Assembly (NCBI RefSeq): GCF_006345805.1
Contig: NW_021832224.1
Span: 248,001-312,000 of the forward strand
DNA length: 64,000 nucleotides
Source: Octopus sinensis
Lineage: Eukaryota
Reading direction: 5' to 3'
Positions 63,078 through 64,000 of this stretch are shown in pieces; the stretch's first letter is position 1, and each line of letters begins with the position of its first letter. A program made the position numbers and the translations under genes. Under the pieces are notes generated by a model. That model ran no database searches. It saw only the letters and a list, made by a program, of their open reading frames with translations, and had not been told where the DNA came from.

Positions 63078-63435
63078 ATGGAAAATAAATCTTCAATCGC
63101 CTCTTTATCTTTTGAAGTCTTTGGTAAAGTTCAGGGAGTATTCTTCCGAAAGGTAATTTAAATTTTAAAAATAAATTTGAACATTAGTATACTCGCCAAC
63201 AAGCAAAAAAATATAATCTCGTTGGATGGGTAAAAAATACTTGTAATCAAACAGTTGTTGGTGTAGTCCAGGGCGATATGAAAAATCTCGAAAAAATGTT
63301 TGACTTTTATAAAATTGCAGGAAATGGTGGTTAACTAACAAAGGGAGTCCTTTGTCCAGAGTTGAAAGATCTCAATTCACTGACGAAAAACACATTAAGA
63401 ATTTGGAATTTTCTGATTTTGAAATTTATAGATAA
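63078..63435 (+). CDS. ACYP: Acylphosphatase, 3 exons (absent from the ORF track)
   Basis: FEVFGKVQGVFFRK|YT..LVGWVKNT..GVVQG..|KWWL..GSP. Introns 63153-63187 (35 nt) and 63298-63320 (23 nt). Confidence 0.95.
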
Positions 63436-63739
63436 TTAAGTTTGTCGAAAATGTTTTTTTAATTCTGTATTAGTTGCCATGTAGATAGACAATTAAATAT
63501 GTCGAGACATGTTTGTTAGGGTTGTTCAGACAAATACATTTTGACGAAACAATTAGCTTTCATAAATCTTGTAAAATTGGATTTGACGGTATTGTATTCA
63601 GACAAATAAAATACCCAGTCTCCTTGGAATTTCCTTGACTAGAATTTTATTTAACAGCCATTTAACAGCTATAAATTCGCTAAATTGTCTGTCTTAAAAA
63701 ATGGTGCAATACTCAGTCTTGAGAGCAATGGAATTTAAA

Positions 63740-64000
63740 AAAATTATATCTCTCGTATGCTTAGACATTTTGAAGACTTTCGACAGCGTTTTACACCGAG
63801 ACCTGGTGGAAAGGATCCAACTCTGTAAACCACCGGAAAAGGTCGTCCTCTGGCTACAGTGCTTCCTCTCAAATTGTTACTTTTTTGTTTCCGAATTGGG
63901 CTATCGCTCCAGGAACATCAAACTCCTAGGGGTGTGGCGCAAGGGTCCTCCCTCAGTCCACTTCTCTTTAATTTTGGTAATGAGCAGTTTCTCTTTGCCC
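63740..64000 (+). mobile_element. LINE RT remnant running off the window
   Basis: LDILKTFDSV..WLQCFLS..GVAQGSSLSPLLFN. Confidence 0.75.

Noticed and set aside
13-63435. Alternative genetic code or programmed frameshifting to explain the broken ORFs
   Set aside because: The breaks I checked in conserved genes are resolved by short GT-AG introns under the standard code.

Overview
Eukaryotic, very AT-rich nuclear DNA from a compact animal genome. The genes are interrupted by ultra-short GT-AG introns (21-37 nt where I could place them), so the ORF track fragments most genes and misses several. Tiny introns plus ciliary genes (SPA17, C21orf58-like) and COX5A suggest a ciliated, respiring, reduced parasite such as a dicyemid or orthonectid; this is inference. 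Recognisable genes are an adenylyl cyclase 3' end, COX5A, GID8, C21orf58-like, SPA17, AGPAT3/4, NLE1, a double-CXXC protein, INPP5A, PP1c, a RhoGAP, TMEM186, POLR3E, GMPS, NARFL/CIAO3, WDR36 and acylphosphatase. Tight gene clusters alternate with islands of decayed transposons (hAT, pogo, MULE, Helitron/Helentron-like, and CRE-, R4-, RTE- and I-group-like LINEs). The most interesting signals are: (1) a GC-rich, poly(A)- and TSD-flanked retro-insert whose peptide may be RNA-viral; (2) an RLE retrotransposon remnant joined to an 18S rRNA fragment with strand-biased G>A changes; (3) a tandem TET/IDAX-type CXXC protein; (4) hidden micro-exon genes; (5) a possible trans-splice acceptor between TMEM186 and POLR3E. 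There is no CRISPR array. All calls are by eye, without database searches.
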